Shown: in pieces, positions 50,333 through 62,996 of the stretch | How positions within the stretch are numbered: the first letter of the stretch is position 1 | How the letters are laid out: the number at the start of each line of letters is the position of its first letter | Source of the DNA: Laetmonice hystrix | Lineage: Eukaryota | DNA length: 64,000 nt | NCBI GenBank assembly: GCA_965235115.1 | Contig: OZ249436.1 | Span: forward strand, 186,001 to 250,000 | Direction of reading: 5' to 3' | Notes under the pieces: model-generated | Seen by the model: the letters and a program-made list of their open reading frames with translations, nothing else | Told to the model about the DNA's origin: nothing | Database searches by the model: none | Made by a program: the position numbers and the translations under genes

Positions 50333-50836
50333 GATGGAATAACGTTATTGGAGAGGTGGTTTGATTCATGGTCAGATGGGATAACGTTATTGGAGAGGTG
50401 GTTTGATTCATGGTCAGATGGGATAACGTTATTGGAGAGGTGGTTTGATTCATGGTCAGATGGGATAACGTTATTGGAGAGGTGGTTTCATTCATGGTCA
50501 GATGGGATAACGTTATTGGAGAGGTGGTTTGATTCATGGTCAGATGGGATAACGTTATTGGAGAGGTGGTTTGATTCATGGTCAGATGGGATAACGTTAT
50601 TGGAGAGGTGGTTTGATTCATGGTCAGATGGGATAACGTTATTGGAGAGGTGGTTTGATTCATGGTCAGATGGGATAACGTTATTGGAGAGGTGGTTTGA
50701 TTCATGGTTAGATGGGATAACGTTATTGGAGAGGTGGTTTGATTCATGGTCAGATGGGATAACGTTATTGGAGAGGTGGTTTGATTCATGGTCAGATGGG
50801 ATAACGTTATTGGAGAGGTGGTTTGATTCATGGTCA
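50333..50836. repeat. 39-bp minisatellite, ~13 copies
   Basis: Unit AGATGGGATAACGTTATTGGAGAGGTGGTTTGATTCATGGTC-type with palindrome ATAACGTTAT. Begins within the SINE TSD. Confidence 0.93.
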
Positions 50837-51479
50837 GGCCAAAATATCAAATTAATCAATGGCTTTCATCGTTGTGACATATCGTCGCGTGATTGTAAGG
50901 TGCAAAATAGAATAAATCATGATGGGCCTACAATCAATTGAAAGGCGGCGAAACGACTCGCTACTCGCCAATTCGCCAATGGTGATTACTTTCTTAAATT
51001 GGCGAAGAAGCTTAATAATGGCGATAGTTTGGGCGAATTGTACTCAAAATATCTTCCAGCAACGACACTGTAGAATGGACATGTGGTTGTCTGAGATTGT
51101 GACGAGTAGAATGGGGAGGGAAGGGGATTGATGGTCGTGTCAGGTATAGCAAAGGTGGGCGTGAGCTGCTAGAGGCTACTTCCAGGGTAGTACGGGGGCA
51201 GGGTGTCATGGTAAAAAAAAACATCTGAGAAAGATTTCCAGTAGCACACTCCTACTTACAACTGTAGAGTAACTGGGAGGATCTACTAGATCTTCATTAT
51301 CATTATTGCCAAGTATTTCAGGCCTTGGCCAAATATATTGCCCGAGTCCGAGTTTCTAGTAATGTTACATCATTTTCAGGTTTTGTTTGATTTTTTTTCA
51401 GATCAGAATTGTGATTTTTTTTCTGACATTGTTGTTAACTTGACAGGAAGAATTCTCGGGGTGAGATGGGTAGTATTAA

Positions 51480-53039
51480 AGCAGTCAGAGAGTATCTCTC
51501 ATTTCACTGACTTCAAAATGCAAACATGGGCTGTTAGGGCCTTAGACTACATAAATCAATAACTGTATACCAACAGAAATGAAGAAATCTAATGAAATTC
51601 ACCATTTTAGTTGCCTGTTGTCGCCATGAAGTGATCGGCTCATGGCTGGCTGTTGACCTGGCATTGACTTTTATTGAAATGAAATTCATCGGGCGATGGA
51701 CCAATGAATTTCATTGCCTGTTCAAGGGCAGCACGGGTTGTAAGGCCAAAACGGGCTGTAAGGGCAGCACGGGGTGTAAGGGCAGCACGGGTTGTAAGGG
51801 CAGCACGGGTGGTTGTAAGGGCAGCGCGGGTTGTAGGGGCAGCACGGGGTGTAAGGGCAGCACGGGTTGTAGGGGCAGCACGGGGTGTAAGGGCAGCAGG
51901 GGCGGTTGTCAGGGCAGCACGGGGTGTAAGGGCAGCACGGGTGGTTGTAAGGGCAGCACGGGTTGTAAGGGCAGCACGGGGTGTAAGGGCAGCACGGGTG
52001 GTTGTAAGGGCAGCACGGGGTGTAAGGGCAGCACGGGTGGTTGTAAGGGCAGCACGGGGTGTAAGGGCAGCACGGGGTGTAAGGGCAGCACGGGGTGTAA
52101 GGGCAGCACGGGTTGTAAGGGCAGCACGGGGTGTAAGGGCAGCACGGGTGGTTGTAAGGGCAGCACGGGTTGTAGGGGCAGCACGGGGTGTAAGGGCAGC
52201 ACGGGTTGTAGGGGCAGCACGGGGTGTAAGGGCAGCACGGGTGGTTGTAAGGGCAGCACGGGGTGTAAGGGCAGCACGGGTGGTTGTAAGGGCAGCACGG
52301 GTTGTAAGGGCAGCACGGGGTGTAAGGGCAGCACGGGGTGTAAGGGCAGCACGGGTGGTTGTAAGGGCAGCACGGGGTGTAAGGGCAGCACGGGTTGTAA
52401 GGGCAGCACGGGTTGTAAGGGCAGCACGGGGTGTAAGGGCAGCACGGGTGGTTGTAAGGGCAGCACGGGGTGTAAGGGCAGCACGGGTTGTAAGGGCAGC
52501 ACGGGTTGTAAGGGCAGCACGGAGTGTAAGGGCAGCACGGGGTGTAAGGGCAGCACGGGTTGTAAGGGCAGCACGGGGTGTAAGGGCAGCACGGGTTGTA
52601 AGGGCAGCACGGGGTGTAAGGGCAGCACGGGTTGTAAGGGCAGCACGGGTGGTTGTAAGGGCAGCACGGGGTGTAGGGGCAGCACGTGGTGTAAGGGCAG
52701 CACGGGGTGTAAGGGCAGCACGGGTTGTAAGGGCAGCACGGGGTGTAAGGGCAGCAGGGGTGGTTGTAAGGGCAGCACGGGGTGTAAGGGCAGCACGGGG
52801 TGTAAGGGCAGCACGGGGTGTAAGGGCAGAACGGGTCACAAGTTGTAAGGGCAGCCATAAGACGTTCGCTTCATGGCGAAAACAGGCAACTGGAAGTGGA
52901 ATGTTGAATTTCATGAGATTTCTCCATCTCTGTGGGTATACATGTATTTATTGATTTATGTAGTCTCAGGCCTTATCTAACCTAACAGCCCATGTCTGCA
53001 TTTTAGAGTCATTGAAATGAGAGATACTCGCTTTTTGCT
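51480..53039. mobile_element. TTAA-flanked MITE with ~190-bp inverted arms (Kolobok-like AG..CT termini), expanded by an internal minisatellite
   Basis: TTAA|AGCAGTCAGAGAGTATCTCTCATTTCA ... TGAAATGAGAGATACTCGCTTTTTGCT|TTAA. The arms pair inward to GTCGCCATGAAG / CTTCATGGCGA. Confidence 0.8.
51725..52855. repeat. 18/21-bp G-rich minisatellite, array 1
   Basis: Unit TGTAAGGGCAGCACGGG(G/T) with an optional GGT. Confidence 0.95.
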
Positions 53040-53115
53040 TTAATGCAGCAGTATTCCGTTTCAGAAATTGGTTTAGAATTTTAGTTACAGAGAGGGAACA
53101 CCCCCCACCCCTCCA

Positions 53116-53778
53116 CACCCTGCCTGTTACAGCCAAAACCCCTGCCTGTTACAGCCAAAACCCCTGCCTGTTACAGCCAAAACCCCTGCCTGTTACAGCA
53201 AAAAACCCTGCCTGTTACAGCAAAAAACCCTCCCTGTTACAGTCAAAACCCCTGCCTGTTACAGCCAAAACCCCTGCCTGTTACAGCCAAAACCCCTGCC
53301 TGTTACAGCCAAAACCCCTGCCTGTTACAGCAAAAAACCCTCCCTGTTACAGTCAAAACCCCTGCCTGTTACAGCCAAAACCCCTCCCTGTTACAGTCAA
53401 AACCCCTCCCTGTTACAGTCAAAAACCCTCCCTGTTACAGTCAAAACCCCTCCCTGTTACAGTCAAAACCCCTCCCTGTTACAGTCAAAACCCCTGCCTG
53501 TTACAGTCAAAATCCCTCCCTGTTACAGTCAAAACCCCTGCCTGTTACAGTCAAAACCCCTCCCTGTTACAGTCAAAACCCCTCCCTGTTACAGTCAAAA
53601 CCCCTGCCTGTTACAGTCAAAACCCCTCCCTGTTACAGTCAAAACCCCTGCCTGTTACAGTCAAAACCCCTCCCTGTTACAGCCAAAACCCCTGCCTGTT
53701 ACAGCAAAAAACCCTCCCTGTTACAGTCAAAAACCCTCCCTGTTACAGTCAAAACCCCTGCCTGTTACAGCCAAAACC
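53116..53778. repeat. 22-bp minisatellite
   Basis: Unit CCCTGCCTGTTACAGCCAAAAC and variants. Confidence 0.95.
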
Positions 53779-54397
53779 ACAATGTGTCTGACTGACAGTA
53801 AGTCGTGTTACCAAGGTGACGGGGACATTGACAGAAGCAGAGGGCAGTCTTTGGTCGGATCTCAGGGACCTTCAGGACTTAGTCGTCAAGCAGCGGGGTA
53901 GGCCAGCTCTATCAGCGCTCCTCCAGGTGTTGATATGTAAGTGCTGGGGGAGCTAATGGATCCAACCAATCACTTAGCACAGAGCCCTGCTCTCAGTCGG
54001 CCATAGATACCATGTCCGTATAGATACAGTTGCTCGTGCTGCAGGCAGGGATAAGAAAGTCTGACGGTCCGGTACCAAGACTCGCTGATCTCACTACAAA
54101 ACTGTCCACAAACACGAAAATCTTCACGTTTTACAATGTTGTAATTTTTTGTAATTATTCCTGTGTGATCCATGGGTAATGCGCTAACAAAGTGAACCTC
54201 GGTGTTTAGGCCTAGTATAGGATTCAAACAACCCTAAGGGGTCGACCACCATAACAATATTTCAGTGATTCAGTGTGGACTCTATGTGGACTATATATGG
54301 ACTTTATGTGGACCCTATGTGGACACCTGTCAGACCTAACGCCCAGATATGCGCAAGATTGTGCGATGGCGAATTCCCTTTTGACGGAGCTGGAGAA

Positions 54398-56896
54398 CGG
54401 GTTGTAAGGGCAGCATGGGGTGTAAGGGCAGCACGGGTTGTAAGGGCAGCACGGGGTGTAAGGGCAGCACGGGTTGTAAGGGCAGCTTGGGGTGTAAGGG
54501 CAGCACGGGTTGTAAGGGCAGCACGGGGTGTAAGGGCAGCACGTGGTGTAAGGGCAGCACGGGTGGTTGTAAGGGCAGCACGGGTTGTAAGGGCAGCACG
54601 GGGTGTAAGGGCAGCACGGGTGGTTGTAAGGGCAGCACGGGTGGTTGTAAGGGCAGCACGGGGTGTAAGGGCAGCACGGGGTGTAAGGGCAGCACGGGTT
54701 GTAAGGGCAGCACGGGTGGTTGTAAGGGCAGCACGGGTGGTTGTAAGGGCAGCACGGGGTGTAAGGGCAGCACGGGTTGTAAGGGCAGCACGGGGTGTAA
54801 GGGCAGCACGGGGTGTAAGGGCAGCACGGGTTGTAAGGGCAGCACGGGTTGTAAGGGCAGCACGGGTTGTAAGGGCAGCACGGGGTGTAAGGGCAGCACG
54901 GGTTGTAAGGGCAGCACGGGTGGTTGTAAGGGCAGCACGGGGTGTAAGGGCAGCACGGGTTGTAAGGGCAGCACGGGTGGTTGTAAGGGCAGCACGGGTG
55001 GTTGTAAGGGCAGCACGGGGTGTAAGGGCAGCACGGGTTGTAAGGGCAGCACGGGGTGTAAGGGCAGCACGGGGTGTAAGGGCAGCACGGGTTGTAAGGG
55101 CAGCACGGGTTGTAAGGGCAGCACGGGTTGTAAGGGCAGCACGGGGTGTAAGGGCAGCACGGGGTGTAAGGGCAGCACGGGTTGTAAGGGCAGCACGGGT
55201 TGTAAGGGCAGCACGGGTTGTAAGGGCAGCACGGGGTGTAAGGGCAGCACGGGTTGTAAGGGCAGCACGGGTGGTTGTAAGGGCAGCACGGGGTGTAAGG
55301 GCAGCACGGGTTGTAAGGGCAGCACGGGTGGTTGTAAGGGCAGCACGGGTGGTTGTAAGGGCAGCACGGGGTGTAAGGGCAGCACGGGTTGTAAGGGCAG
55401 CACGGGGTGTAAGGGCAGCACGGGGTGTAAGGGCAGCACGGGTTGTAAGGGCAGCACGGGTTGTAAGGGCAGCACGGGTTGTAAGGGCAGCACGGGGTGT
55501 AAGGGCAGCACGGGGTGTAAGGGCAGCACGGGTTGTAAGGGCAGCACGGGTTGTAAGGGCAGCACGGGTTGTAAGGGCAGCACGGGGTGTAAGGGCAGCA
55601 CGGGTTGTAAGGGCAGCACGGGGTGTAAGGGCAGCACGGGGTGTAAGGGCAGCACGGGTTGTAAGGGCAGCACGGGTTGTAAGGGCAGCACGGGTTGTAA
55701 GGGCAGCACGGGTTGTAAGGGCAGCACGGGTTGTAAGGGCAGCACGGGTGGTTGTAAGGGCAGCACGGGGTGTAAGGGCAGCACGGGTTGTAAGGGCAGC
55801 ACGGGTTGTAAGGGCAGCACGGGTTGTAAGGGCAGCACGGGTTGTAAGGGCAGCACGGGTTGTAAGGGCAGCACGGGGTGTAAGGGCAGCACGGGTTGTA
55901 AGGGCAGCACGGGTGGTTGTAAGGGCAGCACGGGGTGTAAGGGCAGCACGGGTTGTAAGGGCAGCACGGGGTGTAAGGGCAGCACGGGTGGTTGTAAGGG
56001 CAGCACGGGTTGTAAGGGCAGCACGGGTTGTAAGGGCAGCACGGGTTGTAAGGGCAGCACGGGGTGTAAGGGCAGCACGGGTTGTAAGGGCAGCACGGGT
56101 TGTAAGGGCAGCACGGGTTGTAAGGGCAGCACGGGGTGTAAGGGCAGCACGGGGTGTAAGGGCAGCACGGGGTGTAAGGGCAGCACGGGGTGTAAGGGCA
56201 GCACGGGTGGTTGTAAGGGAAGCACGGGTGGTTGTAAGGGCAGCACGGGGTGTAAGGGCAGCACGGGGTGTAAGGGCAGCACGGGTGGTTGTAAGGGAAG
56301 CACGGTTGGTTGTAAGGGCAGCACGGGGTGTAAGGGCAGCACGGGGTGTAAGGGCAGCACGGGTGGTTGTAAGGGAAGCACGGTTGGTTGTAAGGGCAGC
56401 ACGGGGTGTAAGGGCAGCACGGGGTGTAAGGGCAGCACGGGTGGTTGTAAGGGAAGCACGGTTGGTTGTAAGGGCAGCACGGGGTGTAAGGGCAGCACGG
56501 GGTGTAAGGGCAGCACGGGTGGTTGTAAGGGAAGCACGGTTGGTTGTAAGGGCAGCACGGGGTGTAAGGGCAGCACGGGGTGTAAGGGCAGCACGGGTGG
56601 TTGTAAGGGCAGCACGGGGTGTAAGGGCAGCACGGGTTGTAAGGGCAGCACGGGGTGTAAGGGCAGCACGGGGTGTAAGGGCAGCACGGGTGGTTGTAAG
56701 GGCAGCACGGGGTGTAAGGGCAGCACGGGTGGTTGTAAGGGCAGCACGGGGTGTAAGGGCAGCACGGGGTGTAAGGGCAGCACGGGATGTAAGGGCAGCA
56801 CGGGTTGTAAGGGCAGCACGGGGTGTAAGGGCAGCACGGGGTGTAAGGGCAGCACGGGGTGTAAGGGCAGCACGGGGTGTAAGGGCAGCACGGGTT
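54398..56896. repeat. 18/21-bp G-rich minisatellite, array 2 (same unit as array 1)
   Basis: Same unit and orientation as array 1; source of the 827-884 aa ORFs. Confidence 0.95.
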
Positions 56897-57550
56897 AGGC
56901 CTGGAAAACGTATTTTTTATATTCTATAAAATTGCTACTGGTGGTGATTTTTGATAGAATTGGAAGGCAGGGTTTCTGACAACGTATCAATTATCCTAGG
57001 TGTTTTTGACCTAACCTCAAGATGTTATTTATAGTATGTATTGACATGTTCAGTATTGTGGCTCGAGGCTGTATGTATCGGAATATACGACGACTTAAAG
57101 GGTATTTCAGCTGCTCCGAGGCGCTGGGATTGAAACATGATTACATGATTATCGGATTCTTTCTAACACCCCGATCAGGGCGCTGACTCGCACCCCTCCC
57201 CACGTCGAGAGTGAATTCAGTACTGACTTGTAGTAGTAGTATACCGTCGATCCGTGTCCTAGCAATCCCTCAGCCCGGGGTACAATATACAGCTGATTCT
57301 GCCATTGGATTGGACAGATTTACATAAAGCAACGGGTGATTTACATATTTCACACCTGCACTGGGGATGTAAAATGATGCTAATGTACGTGAACAAAGTG
57401 AGGGTATTCTGCTTGACATCGGTCAACAGTCTACAGCTTGCGGATACTGTGAATTATTTCGTTACCATCGTGGTTCAATCTTTTTACTATTATACGGACA
57501 GGCAAGCTGGTAAATGAAAATACGAGTGAATTTTGAAGACACTAAATTTG

Positions 57551-59853
57551 GCTCAACTTGGCAGTGGTCAAAGGGGTTGTCAGCTCACCTTAGGGGTGAG
57601 CACTGCTCAACTTGGCAGTGGTCAAAGGGTTGTCAGCTCACCTGAGGGGTGAGCACTGCTCAACTTGATAGTGGTCAAAGGGGTTGTCAGCTCACCTTAG
57701 GGGTGAGCACTGCTCAACTTGGCAGTGGTCAAAGAGGTTGTCAGCTCACCTTAGGGGTGAGCACTGCTCAACTTGGCAGTGGCCAAAGGGTTGTCAGCTC
57801 ACCTTAGGGGTGAGCACTGCTCAACTTGGCACTGGTCAAAGGGGTTGTCAGCTCACCTGAGGGGTGAGCACTGCTCAACTTGGCACTGGTCAAAGGGGTT
57901 GTCAGCTCACCTGAGGGGTGAGCACTGCTCAACTTGGCAGTGGTCAAAGGGGTTGTCAGCTCACCTTAGGGGTGAGCACTGCTCAACTTGGCAGTGGTCA
58001 AAGGGGTTGTCAGCTCACCTGAGGGGTGAGCACTGCTCAACTTGGCAGTGGTCAAAGGGGTTGTCAGCTCACCTTAGGGGTGAGCACTGCTCAACTTGAT
58101 AGTGGTCAAAGGGGTTGTCAGCTCACCTGAGGGGTGAGCACTGCTCAACTTGGCAGTGGTCAAAGGGTTGTCAGCTCACCTGAGGGGTGAGCACTGTTCA
58201 ACTTGGCAGTGGTCAAAGGGGTTGGCAGCTCACCTGAGGGGTGAGCACTGCTCAACTTGGCAGTGGTCAAAGGGTTGTCAGCTCACCTGAGGGGTGAGCA
58301 CTTCTCAACTTGGCAGTGGTCAAAGAGGTTGTCAGCTCACCTTAGGGGTTAGCACTGTTCAACTTGGCAGTGGTCAAAGGGGTTGTCAGCTCACCTGAGG
58401 GGTGAGCACTGCTCAACTTGGCAGTGGTCAAAGAGGTTGTCAGCTCACCTGAGGGGTGAGCACTTCTCAACTTGGCAGTGGTCAAAGAGGTTGTCAGCTC
58501 ACCTTAGGGGTGAGCACTTCTCAACTTGGCAGTGGTCAAAGGGTTGTCAGCTCACCTTAGGGGTGAGCACTTCTCAACTTGGCAGTGGTCAAAGAGGTTG
58601 TCAGCTCACCTTAGGGGTGAGCACTGTTCAACTTGGCAGTGGTCAAAGAGGTTGTCAGCTCACCTGAGGGGTGAGCACTGCTCAACTTGGCAGTGGTCAA
58701 AGGGTTGTCAGCTCACCTGAGGGGTGAGCACTGCTCAACTTGGCAGTGGTCAAAGAGGTTGTCAGCTCACCTGAGGGGTGAGCACTGCTCAACTTGGCAG
58801 TGGTCAAAGGGTTGTCAGCTCACCTGAGGGGTGAGCACTGCTCAACTTGGCAGTGGTCAAAGAGGTTGTCAGCTCACCTTAGGGGTGAGCACTGCTCAAC
58901 TTGGCAGTGGTCAAAGAGGTTGTCAGCTCACCTGAGGGGTGAGCACTGCTCAACTTGGCAGTGGTCAAAGGGTTGTCAGCTCACCTGAGGGGTGAGCACT
59001 GCTCAACTTGGCAGTGGTCAAAGAGGTTGTCAGCTCACCTGAGGGGTGAGCACTGCTCAACTTGGCAGTGGTCAAAGGGTTGTCAGCTCACCTGAGGGGT
59101 GAGCACTGCTCAACTTGGCAGTGGTCAAAGAGGTTGTCAGCTCACCTTAGGGGTGAGCACTGCTCAACTTGGCAGTGGTCAAAGAGGTTGTCAGCTCACC
59201 TGAGGGGTGAGCACTGCTCAACTTGGCAGTGGTCAAAGGGTTGTCAGCTCACCTTAGGGGTGAGCACTGCTCAACTTGGCAGTGGTCAAAGGGTTGTCAG
59301 CTCACCTTAGGGGTGAACACTGCTCAACTTGGCAGTGGTCAAAGAGGTTGTCAGCTCACCTGAGGGGTGAGCACTGCTCAACTTGGCAGTGGTCAAAGAG
59401 GTTGTCAGCTCACCTTAGGGGTGAGCACTGCTCATCTTGGCAGTGGTCAAAGGGTTGTCAGCTCACCTGAGGGGTGAGCACTGCTCAACTTGGCACTGGT
59501 CAAAGGGGTTGTCAGCTCACCTTAGGGGTGAGCACTGTTCAACTTGGCAGTGGTCAAAGAGGTTGTCAGCTCACCTTAGGGGTGAGCACTGCTCAACTTG
59601 GCACTGGTCAAAGGGGTTGTCAGCTCACCTGAGGGGTGAGCACTGCTCAACTTGGCACTGGTCAAAGAGGTTGTCAGCTCACCTTAGGGGTGAGCACTGC
59701 TCAACTTGGCACTGGTCAAAGAGGTTGTCAGCTCACCTTAGGGGTGAGCACTGCTCAACTTGGCAGTGGTCAAAGAGGTTGTCAGCTCACCTTAGGGGTG
59801 AGCACTGCTCAACTTGGCAGTGGTCAAAGAGGTTGTCAGCTCACCTTAGGGGT
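57551..59853. repeat. 53/54-bp minisatellite with internal hairpins
   Basis: Unit GCTCAACTTGGCAGTGGTCAAAG(A/G)GGTTGTCAGCTCACCT(T/G)AGGGGTGAGCACT. Confidence 0.95.
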
Positions 59854-61619
59854 GTTTTCAGTGAGGAAGTAGACATATTAGTATTAAATGTGAACCAATA
59901 TTTGTTTAGTTTGTGATATGAATTGTCTCAACTAGGGTTTGTTCGCTCAGTGTCCAATGGTTAAAGTGGTTTTGTTTTGTGGTTCAGCGCTCGGATTGCA
60001 ATTAGCGGGAGTTACCCTACCCAAATCATGGAAGGTAAAAGAAAAATCGACTTTCAAAAATTCTAGAGTGGATATTTGTGAACCCTTGTTCTTGGAAGTG
60101 ATCTCGGCGCAATGTCAGCCAGTATTTACCGTTGTCCACGCTTCTTTTCATGAGGTTTGGGATAAAGAAAGAATTGGTGCCCACCTTGTAAACATTATTG
60201 GCCGACAACAGGCCTCAGTATGTGCGTATCGTAGAGCTATACATCCAGTGTGGGTAGTTGTTTATGACTACGGACATGGATTCGTATTATACATCATTTT
60301 AAAGTGCAAGGTTGGTTGTTTATAATTGGATCATCAGGTACAAAGTACCTAGTCACACCTTTTTACAAAGGGCGTTTTTGTCGTTTTATCCAGTGATGTC
60401 TCTGGTTCTTTTCAAAGTTTATCTTATATAATCTCTCAACAAATATTTCCAAGGAGTGATAAAATATATCTTTGTATAGAGCAGGTCTAGAGCCTCTTAT
60501 ACGTGGTTTCTTTATAATTGTGTACCTAACTCTTTCCTGGGAATAAAATCCCAAACATTTCTAGAAAACACAGGTGACGGTCAGGAGTGGCGGCTGGCAA
60601 AGCTTTATCAAGCCTGTTCTCACCTACGTCCGCGCTTTTGCGGGTGATTGGTATATAATCCCCACCGTCAGATCAGACGGGACACTCATACACTCAGTGA
60701 CACACTCAGACTCAGACTCAGACACTCAGACTCAGACACACATACACAGAGAGATATCAGTTCATGGGTCATGGGTATGGGTCACTCTCTGGACCCACGC
60801 TGACCAGCCACGCCACGCCGCTGCCCTCTTGACCGCCGACCGCTACTATGGACAGCCATTGCCAGGTTGGTGAGTATTGTATATTGTAGCCAGGTACGCC
60901 ATGTATCTCTTCTTTGTATAATGTTTCCGGCATCCTGCCATCTTCTGTGACACTATGGACATTCCCTGGTGTCCACTCCTGGCCTTGGCCATTTTTATTT
61001 AACACCATCGTAGTGTTTTACTCGTAGGCCGTTAGGCCTATATGTTATTAACAAGGACAGTAATGTAATAAAATCATGAATGTTCACTAGTACTTCTTAT
61101 TACGTTTTCTTCATTAATTAACAATTTGACTCCCCCACACAAGGCAGAGTCGGCCATGATCCGGTATTATTCGTTGGTGTCGGGTATACGCACTTAAACC
61201 CGCTCCACGAAATGCGTGTCGATCATTCCGAGCTAAGAACCCCTTTAAAACTGAGATCCTGCCATGTACAGTTAACGTGTAGATCAGGAACATCGTTTTG
61301 AAGGAAGTCCAAGTCGCTCAGGCTAGGAGGGGCGCAGAAGGGAGGGGGTGATTGACAGGGTTAACAACCCCTCAGTGAGAGGACAAAACTGGCGTCCCCT
61401 CACCCGCCCCCGTTTTAGTGGCAATTTTACTGCCATGTCAGTTGTGAGGATTGGTATGGGTCAAAGCTCGGCTTGAGAACCTGTACTTGATACAGCAGTT
61501 TGCCGTTATCGTAGGGTTTATGCTGTCCACTGATACTAACAAATCGACGTTGAGAGGTACACTTTACCGGGAACCTTCTGTCAAGGAAAGCGGCCAGTGT
61601 TACTCTGTGGAGACGAACA

Positions 61620-62468
61620 CAGAGGCAGGGCTGAGGGAGGAATAAGTTTTTGGGAGGTCTTGGCACCGACAATTAGGGTTAGGGGCAGGGCTGGGGGAGG
61701 AATACTTTTTGGGAGGTCTTGGCGCCGACAATAAGGGTTTGGGTTAGGGGCAGGGGCAGGGCTGGGGGAGGAATACGTTTTTGGGAGGTCTTGGCGCCGA
61801 CAATAAGGGTTTGGGTTAGGGTTAGGGGCAGGGCTGGGAAGGGTTAGGGTTAGGGGCAGGGCTGGGAAGGGTTAGGGTTAGCGGCTGGGAAGGGTTAGGG
61901 TTAGGGGCAGGGCTGGGAAGGGTTAGGGGCAGGGCTGGGAAGGGTTAGGGGCAGGGGCAGGGCTGGGAAGGGTTAGGGGCAGGGCTGGGAAGGGTTAGGG
62001 TTAGGGTTAGGGGCAGGGCTGGGAAGGGTTAGGGTTAGCGGCTGGGAAGGGTTAGGGGCAGGGGCAGGGCTGGGAAGGGTTAGGGTTAGGGGCTGGGAAG
62101 GGTTAGGGTTAGGGGCAGGGCTGGGTAGGGTTAGGGGCAGAGCTGGGAAGGGTTAGGGTTAGCGGCTGGGAAGGGTTAGGGGCAGGGGCAGGGCTGGGAA
62201 GGGTTAGGGGCAGGGCTGGGAAGGGTTAGGGGCAGGGCTGGGAAGGGTTAGGGGCAGGGCTGGGAAGGGTTAGGGGCAGGGGCAGGGCTGGGAAGGGTTA
62301 GGGTTAGGGGCTGGGAAGGGTTAGGGTTAGGGGCAGAGCTGGGAAGGGTTAGGGGCAGGGCTGGGAAGGGTTAGGGGCAGGGCTGGGAAGGGTTAGGGTT
62401 AGGGGCAGGGCTGGGAAGGGTTAGGGTTAGGGGCTGGGAAGGGTTAGGGGCAGGGGCAGGGCTGGGAA
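61620..62468 (+). repeat. Interstitial telomere-like G-rich array
   Basis: TTAGGG units mixed with GCAGGG, CTGGG and AAGGG; continuous GGG tracts. Confidence 0.9.
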
Positions 62469-62602
62469 TAGTGAGAGTTGTTTGTTATTATCCCAGTTTT
62501 GATGTATAGGTTACGACGAGGATCTACTGTGACAGCCACCATTGGGTTCACTTAGGTACATGTTGGGACGCGGTCATTGAGGGCTAATCGAGCAGGACTT
62601 AC

Positions 62603-62720
62603 CTTTTAATCCCGTTAATCCAAGTTCACCCGTCTCGCCCTTCTCACCCTTCCGACCGTCGTCTCCCCGCGAGCCGTGCATCCCTGGCACGCCCGGCACG
62701 CCTGGAGTGCCGGTCGGTCC
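62603..62720 (-). CDS. Collagen-C1q protein, upstream collagen exon
   Basis: ACACAG acceptor, GTAAGT donor: [39 protein letters not shown]. Ends in phase 1, continuing Gly-X-Y into the exon at 47070. Not in the ORF track. Confidence 0.9.
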
Positions 62721-62996
62721 CTGTGTTCAAGGTCACAATAAGGTCATTGGTGACTTTCTGATGGATAGACCCTCAGTCATAGCTCACATCTACACTAACA
62801 AACAGTTCGTACAGTTAGGTTTGTTCACGTTTCTCCCACAGCGCTTTTAATCACGGACAATTCTTGAAGTTCAAACGACTTGGGTCAGACAGTCAACTGT
62901 TTACTGACCTCGTTATAACGATAAGCATGTTTTGAATACACCAAAGAAAAGTCGTGGATGATTAGGGAAAGGATATTTTAAAGGACAGTCACTTTG

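Noticed and set aside
50280..50941. 183-197 aa repetitive ORFs
   Set aside because: A 39-bp unit is open by arithmetic, and the ORFs run into a SINE head.
57551..59853. CRISPR array or coding repeat (HLRGEHCSTWQWSK ORFs)
   Set aside because: No spacers, and alternating 53/54-bp units shift frame repeatedly.
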